Shown: positions 6,985 through 13,081 of the stretch, one piece after another | Numbering within the stretch: position 1 is the first letter of the stretch | Layout: every line of letters starts with the position of its first letter | Assembly: GCA_027858835.1 (NCBI GenBank) | Contig: JAQIBY010000102.1 | Span: forward strand, 1,918 to 65,917 | Origin: Bacteroidales bacterium | GTDB lineage: Bacteria; Bacteroidota; Bacteroidia; Bacteroidales; ML635J-15 | Length of the DNA stretch: 64,000 bases | Reading direction: 5' to 3' | Made by a program: the position numbers and the translations under genes | Notes under the pieces: model-generated | What the model was told of the DNA's origin: nothing | The model's input: the letters and a program-made list of their open reading frames with translations, nothing else | Database searches by the model: none

Positions 6985-7275
6985 ATGAACCAAATAATTC
7001 ATCAATCAGGCACAGGAAAAGCAACCTATGAAGGAGATCTTCATCCAGATGCTGTACTTATTACCGAAGGTGAAGACGGCCGGGAATACGAGGTTGGACC
7101 AGTTTTTATTATTGACGGTCTTGATGATTACGTACCTCCTATAGATCCTGATGATCAAGAGCCAGGCTCTGATGAAGATGAACCTGCTGCTAAAATTTCA
7201 CCAACTATGATTCTTATAGGTGGTGGTATTTTGCTTGCACTAGGTGTTGCAATTTATTTCATTACAAAAAAATAA
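6985..7275 (+). CDS. Tail-anchored membrane protein (small N-domain, acidic/Pro linker, C-terminal TM)
   Basis: 96 aa. The ATG directly follows array D. The linker PPIDPDDQEPGSDEDEP is followed by helix MILIGGGILLALGVAIYFIT. Confidence 0.6.
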   Translation: MNQIIHQSGTGKATYEGDLHPDAVLITEGEDGREYEVGPVFIIDGLDDYVPPIDPDDQEPGSDEDEPAAKISPTMILIGGGILLALGVAIYFITKK

Positions 7276-7341
7276 TGAAATAATGGAAAACAGAACCACA
7301 AATAAAAGCGAAAATAAATGAGATATTAAAAACAGAGACTT

Positions 7342-7779
7342 ATGAAACTCATGAACATGCAAAAGTCATATATCGTCGGCTTTGTGCTTATTGTAATTAT
7401 TATTGCAGTGGCATACTTTTCGGGTAAGAGCAAAGGATCAGAAGATTACCCTGAATTTCCTGTACCTGATGATACTCCAGGTAGTACAATCAATTTAGAT
7501 CAGGCAAAAGTGCAACGTATTGCGGTAGGTTTGCATAATGATTTGGATAGTTTCTTTTTATTTGAACGTTACAATACTTCGCTTTGGCAGGAATTTGCAA
7601 GTAGTTCTGATACTGAGTTTGTTGCTATTTACAATTATTTCAATGATAAATGGTATGCAGACAAAAGTAAAACGCTGCGCGAAAGGATTGAGTCGCGGCC
7701 AATCTCATGGTTTAGTGGCATATTGCGTACAACTATAGCTATGATCCTACAACGTTTAACACGCTTAAATTTAGTGTAA
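7342..7779 (+). CDS. Membrane-anchored protein (N-terminal TM)
   Basis: 145 aa with helix YIVGFVLIVIIIAVAYFSG. Its stop overlaps the next ATG. Confidence 0.55.
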   Translation: MKLMNMQKSYIVGFVLIVIIIAVAYFSGKSKGSEDYPEFPVPDDTPGSTINLDQAKVQRIAVGLHNDLDSFFLFERYNTSLWQEFASSSDTEFVAIYNYFNDKWYADKSKTLRERIESRPISWFSGILRTTIAMILQRLTRLNLV

Positions 7780-8135
7780 TGGATAAAAAAAACTACATAT
7801 TCATTGGTATTGCAGTTGTCTTAATTGCTGTAGTTTATTTAAGGTTCCTGAATAACACCGGTTCATCTAGCAATAATCAACCTAGCAATGATCAACCTGA
7901 CAATAATCAAACTTGTACCAATCCAACTACATGGGTTACAACTTCATTTCCATTACAACTAGGAGTTGCTAACAACTATGTAAAATTGCTTCAATTGAAT
8001 TTAAACGACAATTTTAATGCTGGGCTTAATCCTGATAAAAAATTTGGCTGCAATACCCAAGCTGCATTAATGCAGTACACCGGTAAATCTAAAATTAGAT
8101 CAGCACTAGAACTTTACATAATTATTGATTCCTAA
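7779..8135 (+). CDS. Membrane-anchored peptidoglycan-binding-domain protein (PG_binding_1-like)
   Basis: 118 aa with helix YIFIGIAVVLIAVVYL and a Q/N/P linker. The C-terminal segment VKLLQLNLN...PDKKFGCNTQAALMQY resembles the PG_binding_1 pattern (V..LQ..L ... DG.FG..T..A...FQ). Confidence 0.5.
   Translation: MDKKNYIFIGIAVVLIAVVYLRFLNNTGSSSNNQPSNDQPDNNQTCTNPTTWVTTSFPLQLGVANNYVKLLQLNLNDNFNAGLNPDKKFGCNTQAALMQYTGKSKIRSALELYIIIDS
7871..7915 (+). repeat. 15-bp x3 in-frame tandem repeat in the linker of the PG-binding protein
   Basis: The units are CAATAATCAACCTAG, CAATGATCAACCTGA and CAATAATCAAACTTG. They encode NNQPS/NDQPD/NNQTC. The CAAT..TCAA core echoes the heptad motif. Confidence 0.8.
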
Positions 8136-8163
8136 TTATATTTATGAAAAATACAAAGAAATA

Positions 8164-8781
8164 ATGAAAGCTGGAACACGTGAAATATTAATAGCCATAG
8201 GCATTAGCATAGCTTTTGCCGTGGCTTACTATTTTTGGTATTCCAGAAAATTGCATCCATTATTGCGCAGGAAAACAACCGGCACCGAAAAAGATGAATA
8301 CATTAAAAAGCTTGAAAGTGTATCACGCAATTTGCGTATTAATCCTAATGCCTTGTGGCTTGTTATCAATTCAGAAAGCCGGCACAATCCCGGAGCCATA
8401 AATCCGTACAACGGGGCAACCGGTTTAATTCAATTTGTGAATTCAACCGCGCAAACACTCGGCACAAGCTTCAGCGCATTACGGCAAATGTCGCGAATCG
8501 ATCAGCTGGATTATGTTCAGTCATATTACAAAATGTTCAAGCGCGCCAGCAATTATTCCGATTTGTATTTAACAACCTTTTATCCCTATGCTTTAGGCAA
8601 GCCGGATAGTTACATATTTGGATCAGAAGTTTCACCGGCCAGAGTTGCCATAATAACAGCTCAAAACCCATTTGATGAAAATGGAGATGGTGAAATAACC
8701 ATGAAAGAATTTAAAACATTTGCCAGGAAACAAATTGTGGCAGGTGTAGTTCCAAAATGGTTTGAATATTTATTAATGTAA
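8164..8781 (+). CDS. Membrane-anchored lytic transglycosylase (SLT domain)
   Basis: The ORF track begins at TTG 8125, but in-frame ATG 8164 avoids overlap and starts MKAGTREILIAIGISIAFAVAYYFWY (TM). The SLT signature is INSESRHNPGAINPYNGATGLIQF (E-S ... G-L-x-Q). Confidence 0.7.
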   Translation: MKAGTREILIAIGISIAFAVAYYFWYSRKLHPLLRRKTTGTEKDEYIKKLESVSRNLRINPNALWLVINSESRHNPGAINPYNGATGLIQFVNSTAQTLGTSFSALRQMSRIDQLDYVQSYYKMFKRASNYSDLYLTTFYPYALGKPDSYIFGSEVSPARVAIITAQNPFDENGDGEITMKEFKTFARKQIVAGVVPKWFEYLLM

Positions 8782-8841
8782 ACGAAATGGAAATAAGAAA
8801 TGAAAGGCAAATAAGCCTACAATTTTAATAAACAATTTTAT

Positions 8842-9198
8842 ATGGAAAAATATAAATTAATTAAAAATACATTTGTATATAAAAGCAACCCACATCCAAC
8901 AGGAGATGCAGACTTAACAATAAAAGTTCGTAGCATTGCAAAAGATACAACTGTTAACGTTTCTGCTGAAGGTAATATTATTAGATCTTGGTCATCAACA
9001 CCAATATTGTATATTGTTGATAGCATTGGCATTCCCGAATTTATTCACAAGTCAGATGTTGTTCTTATGGCATCAGGTTCACAAGATGACAATGCCCACG
9101 TTGGAACAGAGAGTGTTCCATTAATGGATAAGCTCATTGCTAAAATCAGAACTTATGTATTGGAAGGCGAACCAAAACAATCAAAGTTAAACTTTTAA
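8842..9198 (+). CDS. Soluble hypothetical protein
   Basis: 118-aa ORF with no TM and no recognisable motif. Confidence 0.5.
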   Translation: MEKYKLIKNTFVYKSNPHPTGDADLTIKVRSIAKDTTVNVSAEGNIIRSWSSTPILYIVDSIGIPEFIHKSDVVLMASGSQDDNAHVGTESVPLMDKLIAKIRTYVLEGEPKQSKLNF

Positions 9199-9208
9199 AG
9201 AATTCATC

Positions 9209-9382
9209 ATGAAAAAACAAAGTGAAAACCATTATGATATTGCCTATAAAACTAAAAGTGGTAGAATGATGGTTGCAAAAAATATTTCTGGTATCAATGC
9301 AAATGCTGCAAAGGCAAAGCTAAAAAAGCAAATGCGCAAATCATCTAGTTTCGACAGTATAATTACTGCTGTTAAGGTGTAG
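9209..9382 (+). CDS. 57-aa basic soluble mini-protein (below the ORF-track cutoff); small DNA-binding candidate
   Basis: ATG 9209 to TAG 9380-9382. It translates as MKKQSENHYDIAYKTKSGRMMVAKNISGINANAAKAKLKKQMRKSSSFDSIITAVKV. It is K/R-rich with no TM. Confidence 0.4.
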   Translation: MKKQSENHYDIAYKTKSGRMMVAKNISGINANAAKAKLKKQMRKSSSFDSIITAVKV

Positions 9383-9424
9383 AACAATAAAAATTACTAT
9401 ATTTATAAACTAAAATTAATTCTT

Positions 9425-9748
9425 ATGAGCAAATACAAAGTCAGCTGGTTGATATTGCTACCAGAAAAAGGAAAAGCAACAAAAAGAGAGGTTTCTATTA
9501 TCAACAAAAAATGTCCTTATCATGGGTTTGGCATTATTGGACTGGATAAATATATGATAGGAGGGCATTTCCCAAGTAAAAAAGAAGCTGAAAAATGCTT
9601 GCCTAAAATTAAAGGATTGGGAAAGCCTTATCGTGCATACATTATAACAGATGCTCAGTTTGGTAGTATGAAGATTGATCATGCAACAGGTTTGAATAGT
9701 CTATTTATTACAGGTAGGCAAAAAAAAGCAAGTAAAATTATCAAATAA
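9425..9748 (+). CDS. Hypothetical protein
   Basis: 107-aa basic ORF and the last gene of the rightward operon. No recognisable motif. Confidence 0.5.
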   Translation: MSKYKVSWLILLPEKGKATKREVSIINKKCPYHGFGIIGLDKYMIGGHFPSKKEAEKCLPKIKGLGKPYRAYIITDAQFGSMKIDHATGLNSLFITGRQKKASKIIK

Positions 9749-9754
9749 AAAAAA

Positions 9755-9817
9755 GTCCACATGATCGGTTTTTGTTGTGACAACATTTGAAAGCAAATCA
9801 CAATTGATCATGTGGAC
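9755..9817 (-). terminator. Perfect 12-bp inverted repeat with a nested hairpin; probable terminator between convergent operons
   Basis: GTCCACATGATC (9755-9766) pairs with GATCATGTGGAC (9806-9817). The 39-nt loop contains TGTTG-TGA-CAACA. The A8 run on the + side gives a T8 run after the stem on the - strand. Confidence 0.5.
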
Positions 9818-9926
9818 GCTGCAAGTGTAATACTTTTATTTTTGTTTTACAAGTTTTCTAGTGTAAAATGATTGAATTCGGTTGTAAAATCAATATTTTC
9901 CTTCCGGGTTATTACATTAATTGTTA

Positions 9927-10346
9927 TCAGTCAACAGCATAAATTGAATTTTTACGGCGGATATAATCATTTAGAATCGCTTCGTAGTTATCAACTCTCA
10001 TACTAGATCGACCTGTCAAATAGTCTGAAATCGTTGCCTGTCTAATATTAACTTTTTTTGCAATCGCTGCTTGATGCTCTAATGCCATTGACTGTTTTAA
10101 TAATTCACGCATATCAATTTTGTTTTGACATGTCGTAAGATTAAAAACAAATTTAATCAAAGGGCTGTCAATTATAGGTACCGGGGATTCTAGTTTTTTA
10201 TTTGCATTAGTCATCGCGAGTAAGTCCAGGGACAAATTCAAAACAGCAACTAACTCATGATCATCACGAGAAAATTCAGCCCCGTGATCACGTAAACCTT
10301 CAAGCTGTATTATAGCTTCTGATAATTGTTCAAATATTTCCATCAT
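9927..10346 (-). CDS. XRE-family helix-turn-helix regulator (HTH at the C-terminus)
   Basis: The segment HQAAIAKKVNIRQATISDYLTGRSSMRVDNYEAIL fits the Cro/C1-type HTH pattern. The gene lies in the lysogeny module next to the integrase. Confidence 0.65.
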   Translation of the reverse strand: MMEIFEQLSEAIIQLEGLRDHGAEFSRDDHELVAVLNLSLDLLAMTNANKKLESPVPIIDSPLIKFVFNLTTCQNKIDMRELLKQSMALEHQAAIAKKVNIRQATISDYLTGRSSMRVDNYEAILNDYIRRKNSIYAVD

Positions 10347-10393
10347 TTAAAATTTTGTGCCGGACTTATCCCGAAGGTGCCAGCGGTTAATGT

Positions 10394-10768
10394 TTAGTCC
10401 TCAAATAATTCGAGGTTTAAAATAGTATCTTCAATGGACTCCTCTATGTGCTGTGTATAACCACAAGCATCAAAGTCCATTTCTTCAATATTGTCATAAC
10501 CAAATTCCTCTGGACTTGGCGTTTCATGATCTTTAATTGTGTAAAAGCAATTGTCGCTTAGTTGCTGCTGTCCTAAGTAGTACAGATAATCAACAGTTAA
10601 TTCGTTTGTTTCTTCGTCAATCTTAAAGAAAAATGTCCTGTTAGCTAAGTCGCCACTTAAAGTAGTAGGCATTATTTCTAATGTTTTTTCAACTAATTCA
10701 TCTTTTCTTGTTTTTAGAATTTTTAAAGTTTCCATAATATTGTTTTTTTTAATGTTACAAAATTCCAT
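10394..10768 (-). CDS. Highly acidic small protein, first gene of the leftward operon
   Basis: 124 aa, or 113 aa from the internal ATG at 10735 (METLKIL). The C-terminal half is very D/E-rich (EEFGYDNIEEMDFDACGYTQHIEESIEDTILNLELFED). Confidence 0.5.
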   Translation of the reverse strand: MEFCNIKKNNIMETLKILKTRKDELVEKTLEIMPTTLSGDLANRTFFFKIDEETNELTVDYLYYLGQQQLSDNCFYTIKDHETPSPEEFGYDNIEEMDFDACGYTQHIEESIEDTILNLELFED

Positions 10769-10797
10769 TTGGTACGATTGATATCAGATTACAAATA

Positions 10798-10846
10798 TAC
10801 GGTATTGCGTAATGAAAACCAAATAAATTTTACGGTTTAGCGTAAT
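10798..10846. promoter_or_regulatory. Two operator-like 16-bp direct repeats in the divergent promoter region
   Basis: TACGGTATTGCGTAAT (10798-10813) and TACGGTTTAGCGTAAT (10831-10846) match at 14 of 16 positions. Each holds a TACG/CGTA half-palindrome. The centre-to-centre spacing is 33 bp. Confidence 0.45.
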
Positions 10847-10986
10847 TTGAAAGGATTCTAAATAAAAAAATACTGCAAAAACTGGCATGAGACTGACATA
10901 AAGCAAGAAATGAAATTTGTCAATAAGATTGGTTTGTAGTCTGGCAGGGAAATTGTATATTTACAGCAAATCAAATCGAACAAACT

Positions 10987-11484
10987 ATGAAAACAATCAA
11001 GATTTTAACCGTATTTGTCATTTTAATGGCTTTATTTTCATCATGCAAGGATGAGTATGTAGAGGTTGAAAAACCTAAAATTTACCGCTTTGAATACGAA
11101 GCAGAGGACTGGGAGTGGGAGTATAATGATGATAAAACTGTGCAATTTCACGAAGTCCGAAATTCAGTTACCGCAAATGTGCGAGCTAATTATTTAATAT
11201 TTTGCTATGTCAAAGCAAGCGGATCAATGTATCAAATGCCTTTTTCAACGAATTCACTTAGTTATTATTTCGTTTTTGAAGATTACGACATGGGTTTAAT
11301 AAAACAAACATTAGACGGCTATGTATGGACTCAAAAAAGTGATGAAGATTTTGTAATATACATTATGGATCCCGAATACACTGAAAATCTCAATGTTCAA
11401 TCTGAAAAATCAGTGATTGAATTTTTATCAAAAGAATTTCCACAGGATGTTGAAATCTTAAATGAAGTGAGTTTAGTCAATTAA
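10987..11484 (+). CDS. Lipoprotein of unknown function (prophage moron candidate)
   Basis: The signal peptide plus lipobox is MKTIKILTVFVILMALFSSC. The gene has its own promoter region and converges on the integrase with a 12-nt overlap. Confidence 0.6.
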   Translation: MKTIKILTVFVILMALFSSCKDEYVEVEKPKIYRFEYEAEDWEWEYNDDKTVQFHEVRNSVTANVRANYLIFCYVKASGSMYQMPFSTNSLSYYFVFEDYDMGLIKQTLDGYVWTQKSDEDFVIYIMDPEYTENLNVQSEKSVIEFLSKEFPQDVEILNEVSLVN

Positions 11485-12579
11485 AGATATTTGATCTTTT
11501 AAAGTCAAATCAACTAATCGGGAGTACACTAGCGTACTCTCGATTTTTTTGTGACCTAAAAGGTTTTTTAGCGCAAACAAATTCCCACCTCTATTCAGGA
11601 AATAAACAGAAAATGAATGCCTGGCCGTTTTCGTACTTATCGGCTTGTCAATTCCAGCAGCTTTAGCAATTTTCTTTAATTCCCGGTTAATATATTGATC
11701 TGAAATGTTTTGAAAAATAGAACTTTTAGTATAAACATCCGGTACATATTTTATAGCTCTATTTGCGATTGGAATATTAAGTGATTTGCTTGTTTTTTGC
11801 ATTTGTACATTAATCACTTTTGCATCAATCATTTGTCCTGTAACTTTGTTCCAGTCGCTGTAACGCAGGCCCGTAAAACAAAAGAACAAAAACATTTGTA
11901 GTATGTCTCGGTGAAAACCGGCCGGCATGTTTACAAAAAATGTTTCAAGTGATTCCAATTCCAAAGGTGTTAAGTAAACCGGATCTTTATCAATCTCATG
12001 AATTTTATAATCACTAAACGGATTTTTCCTTAAATAACCTTTTCGGATTGCCAGGCCACAATACTTTTTCAGGAAACGAAATTTCGTGACAATAGCATTA
12101 TGTGAGTTTCCCCGGTCCTGTAAAAATGTATAAAGTTCATTAATCCAGCTGTAGGTTATTTTTGAAAAATAAACCGGTTTATCATACTCATGTATAACAT
12201 TCAAATTAGACTTGTGGCGTTTAATTGTTCCCCAGGCATAATGATGACTATTTTCAATATGATCTTTATTCATTAAGAATTCAACTGTTTTTGTGTTGTC
12301 ATTAAAAAGCCTAGTAAATATTTCAGAAATTGAAAGTGATAATTCATTAACTTCAATATCTGCCTGAATTTGATTAAGTTCAAGTTGTATTTTTTGCAAC
12401 TTCAAATTATTAATTGTTGTTAATTTTGATTTTCCTATGAATTTTTGTTGGTCCTGGTTCCAGTCATCCGGGTTAATATCTGAAACAATTTTTTGCTGTG
12501 ATCTTTTGCTATTAATTGAAACAGCCAGTAGTATATTACTATGCTTGCCGCGAGTGTCTATTCTGAATTTATATTTCAT
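11473..12579 (-). CDS. int: Tyrosine-type site-specific integrase
   Basis: Catalytic-domain landmarks are CFTGLRYSDW, ARHSFSVYF and LLGHKKIESTLVYSRL (R...H-x-x-R...H...Y). The gene is adjacent to the tRNA 3' end. Confidence 0.85.
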   Translation of the reverse strand: MKYKFRIDTRGKHSNILLAVSINSKRSQQKIVSDINPDDWNQDQQKFIGKSKLTTINNLKLQKIQLELNQIQADIEVNELSLSISEIFTRLFNDNTKTVEFLMNKDHIENSHHYAWGTIKRHKSNLNVIHEYDKPVYFSKITYSWINELYTFLQDRGNSHNAIVTKFRFLKKYCGLAIRKGYLRKNPFSDYKIHEIDKDPVYLTPLELESLETFFVNMPAGFHRDILQMFLFFCFTGLRYSDWNKVTGQMIDAKVINVQMQKTSKSLNIPIANRAIKYVPDVYTKSSIFQNISDQYINRELKKIAKAAGIDKPISTKTARHSFSVYFLNRGGNLFALKNLLGHKKIESTLVYSRLVDLTLKDQISLID

Positions 12580-12586
12580 AGGTTCG

Positions 12587-12662
12587 GTGTCGTTTCAATA
12601 TTTAGCTTGTTGCAGACTTGTTGCAGTATTGTTGCAAAAACCGTCTTATTTAGTGTCGTTTC
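12587..12662. promoter_or_regulatory. Candidate arm-type recombinase/RDF binding sites in the att-proximal arm
   Basis: TTGTTGCA occurs three times at exact 11-bp phasing (12607, 12618, 12629). GTGTCGTTTC occurs twice (12587-12596 and 12653-12662), 66 bp apart. Confidence 0.45.
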
Positions 12663-12696
12663 GTTGTCATTGGGAACGCTTGGCTTCTAACTAAAA

Positions 12697-12739
12697 CACT
12701 GAAAACCATATAATTTAATGATTTTCAGTGCTTTCAGTG
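12697..12739. repeat. Inverted plus direct TTTCAGTG repeats abutting the tRNA 3' end (candidate core-type att sites)
   Basis: CACTGAAAA (12697-12705) pairs with TTTTCAGTG (12722-12730), followed by CTTTCAGTG (12731-12739) directly before the tRNA discriminator position. Confidence 0.45.
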
Positions 12740-12814
12740 TGATCCAGCCAGGGCTCGAACCTGGGACCTACGGCTTAGAAGGCCGTTGCTCTAATCCAAC
12801 TGAGCTACTAGACC
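12740..12814 (-). tRNA. tRNA-Arg (anticodon TCT)
   Basis: The reverse complement folds as a cloverleaf. The acceptor GGTCTAG/CTGGATC has two G-U pairs. The D-arm is GCTCAGTTGGATTAGAGC. The anticodon stem ACGGC/GCCGT carries the loop CTTCTAA. The T-arm is CCAGGTTCGAGCCCTGG. CCA is not encoded. Confidence 0.9.
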
Positions 12815-12829
12815 AGTCTTTTCGGGCTG

Positions 12830-12859
12830 CAAAAATAGCTATTTTTCATGAAATCCAAA
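12830..12859 (-). promoter_or_regulatory. Putative Bacteroidota-type promoter of tRNA-Arg
   Basis: On the minus strand, TTTG is followed by an 18-nt spacer and then TATTTTTG. This matches the phylum -33 TTTG / -7 TAnnTTTG consensus about 16 nt upstream of the tRNA 5' end. Confidence 0.45.
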
Positions 12860-13081
12860 CCTGTTCAACGAGTTTTTTTCAAAATAAATTGACAATCGCA
12901 TTTATTTTGAACTAAAAACATTGGCAACACAGGTTATACACAAACCGCTGTTCAAAATTAACAGAACTGGCATCAGGAAAGATAAGCACATGGTTCTTAA
13001 CATATCCGGGTTGATAAAACCCTTAAAATGCAATGGTTTAAACCACTTTCTAATGTATTTTTAGTCAAAAATTATCACATT

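Larger units (their letters stand above)
1..12739. mobile_element. Integrated temperate virus-like element (prophage), right-hand part only; left end lies outside the window and the right junction overlaps the tRNA-Arg 3' end
   Basis: A tyrosine integrase sits directly beside the 3' end of a tRNA. There is an XRE regulator, PG hydrolases, and a dense same-strand operon of ORFan small proteins. The region is more AT-rich than the flanking housekeeping genes. Confidence 0.75.

Noticed and set aside
10347-10393. GC-rich 47-nt spacer with a small CC-TTCG-GG hairpin between the acidic-protein gene and the HTH gene
   Set aside because: The stem is too short to call an RNA element. It is likely just an intercistronic spacer.
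1-12739. Search for a reverse transcriptase/DGR, retron, toxin-antitoxin pair or known defence-system genes in the prophage accessory region
   Set aside because: No ORF shows RT (YxDD), nuclease, ATPase or toxin-family motifs recognisable by eye. Only the XRE regulator, the acidic protein and the lipoprotein are present, and these are reported as low-confidence candidates.
12437-12915. ORFs 12437-12694 (+) and 12718-12915 (+)
   Set aside because: The first runs antisense to the integrase start and through the att arm. The second is the antisense strand of tRNA-Arg and its promoter. Neither has coding character.
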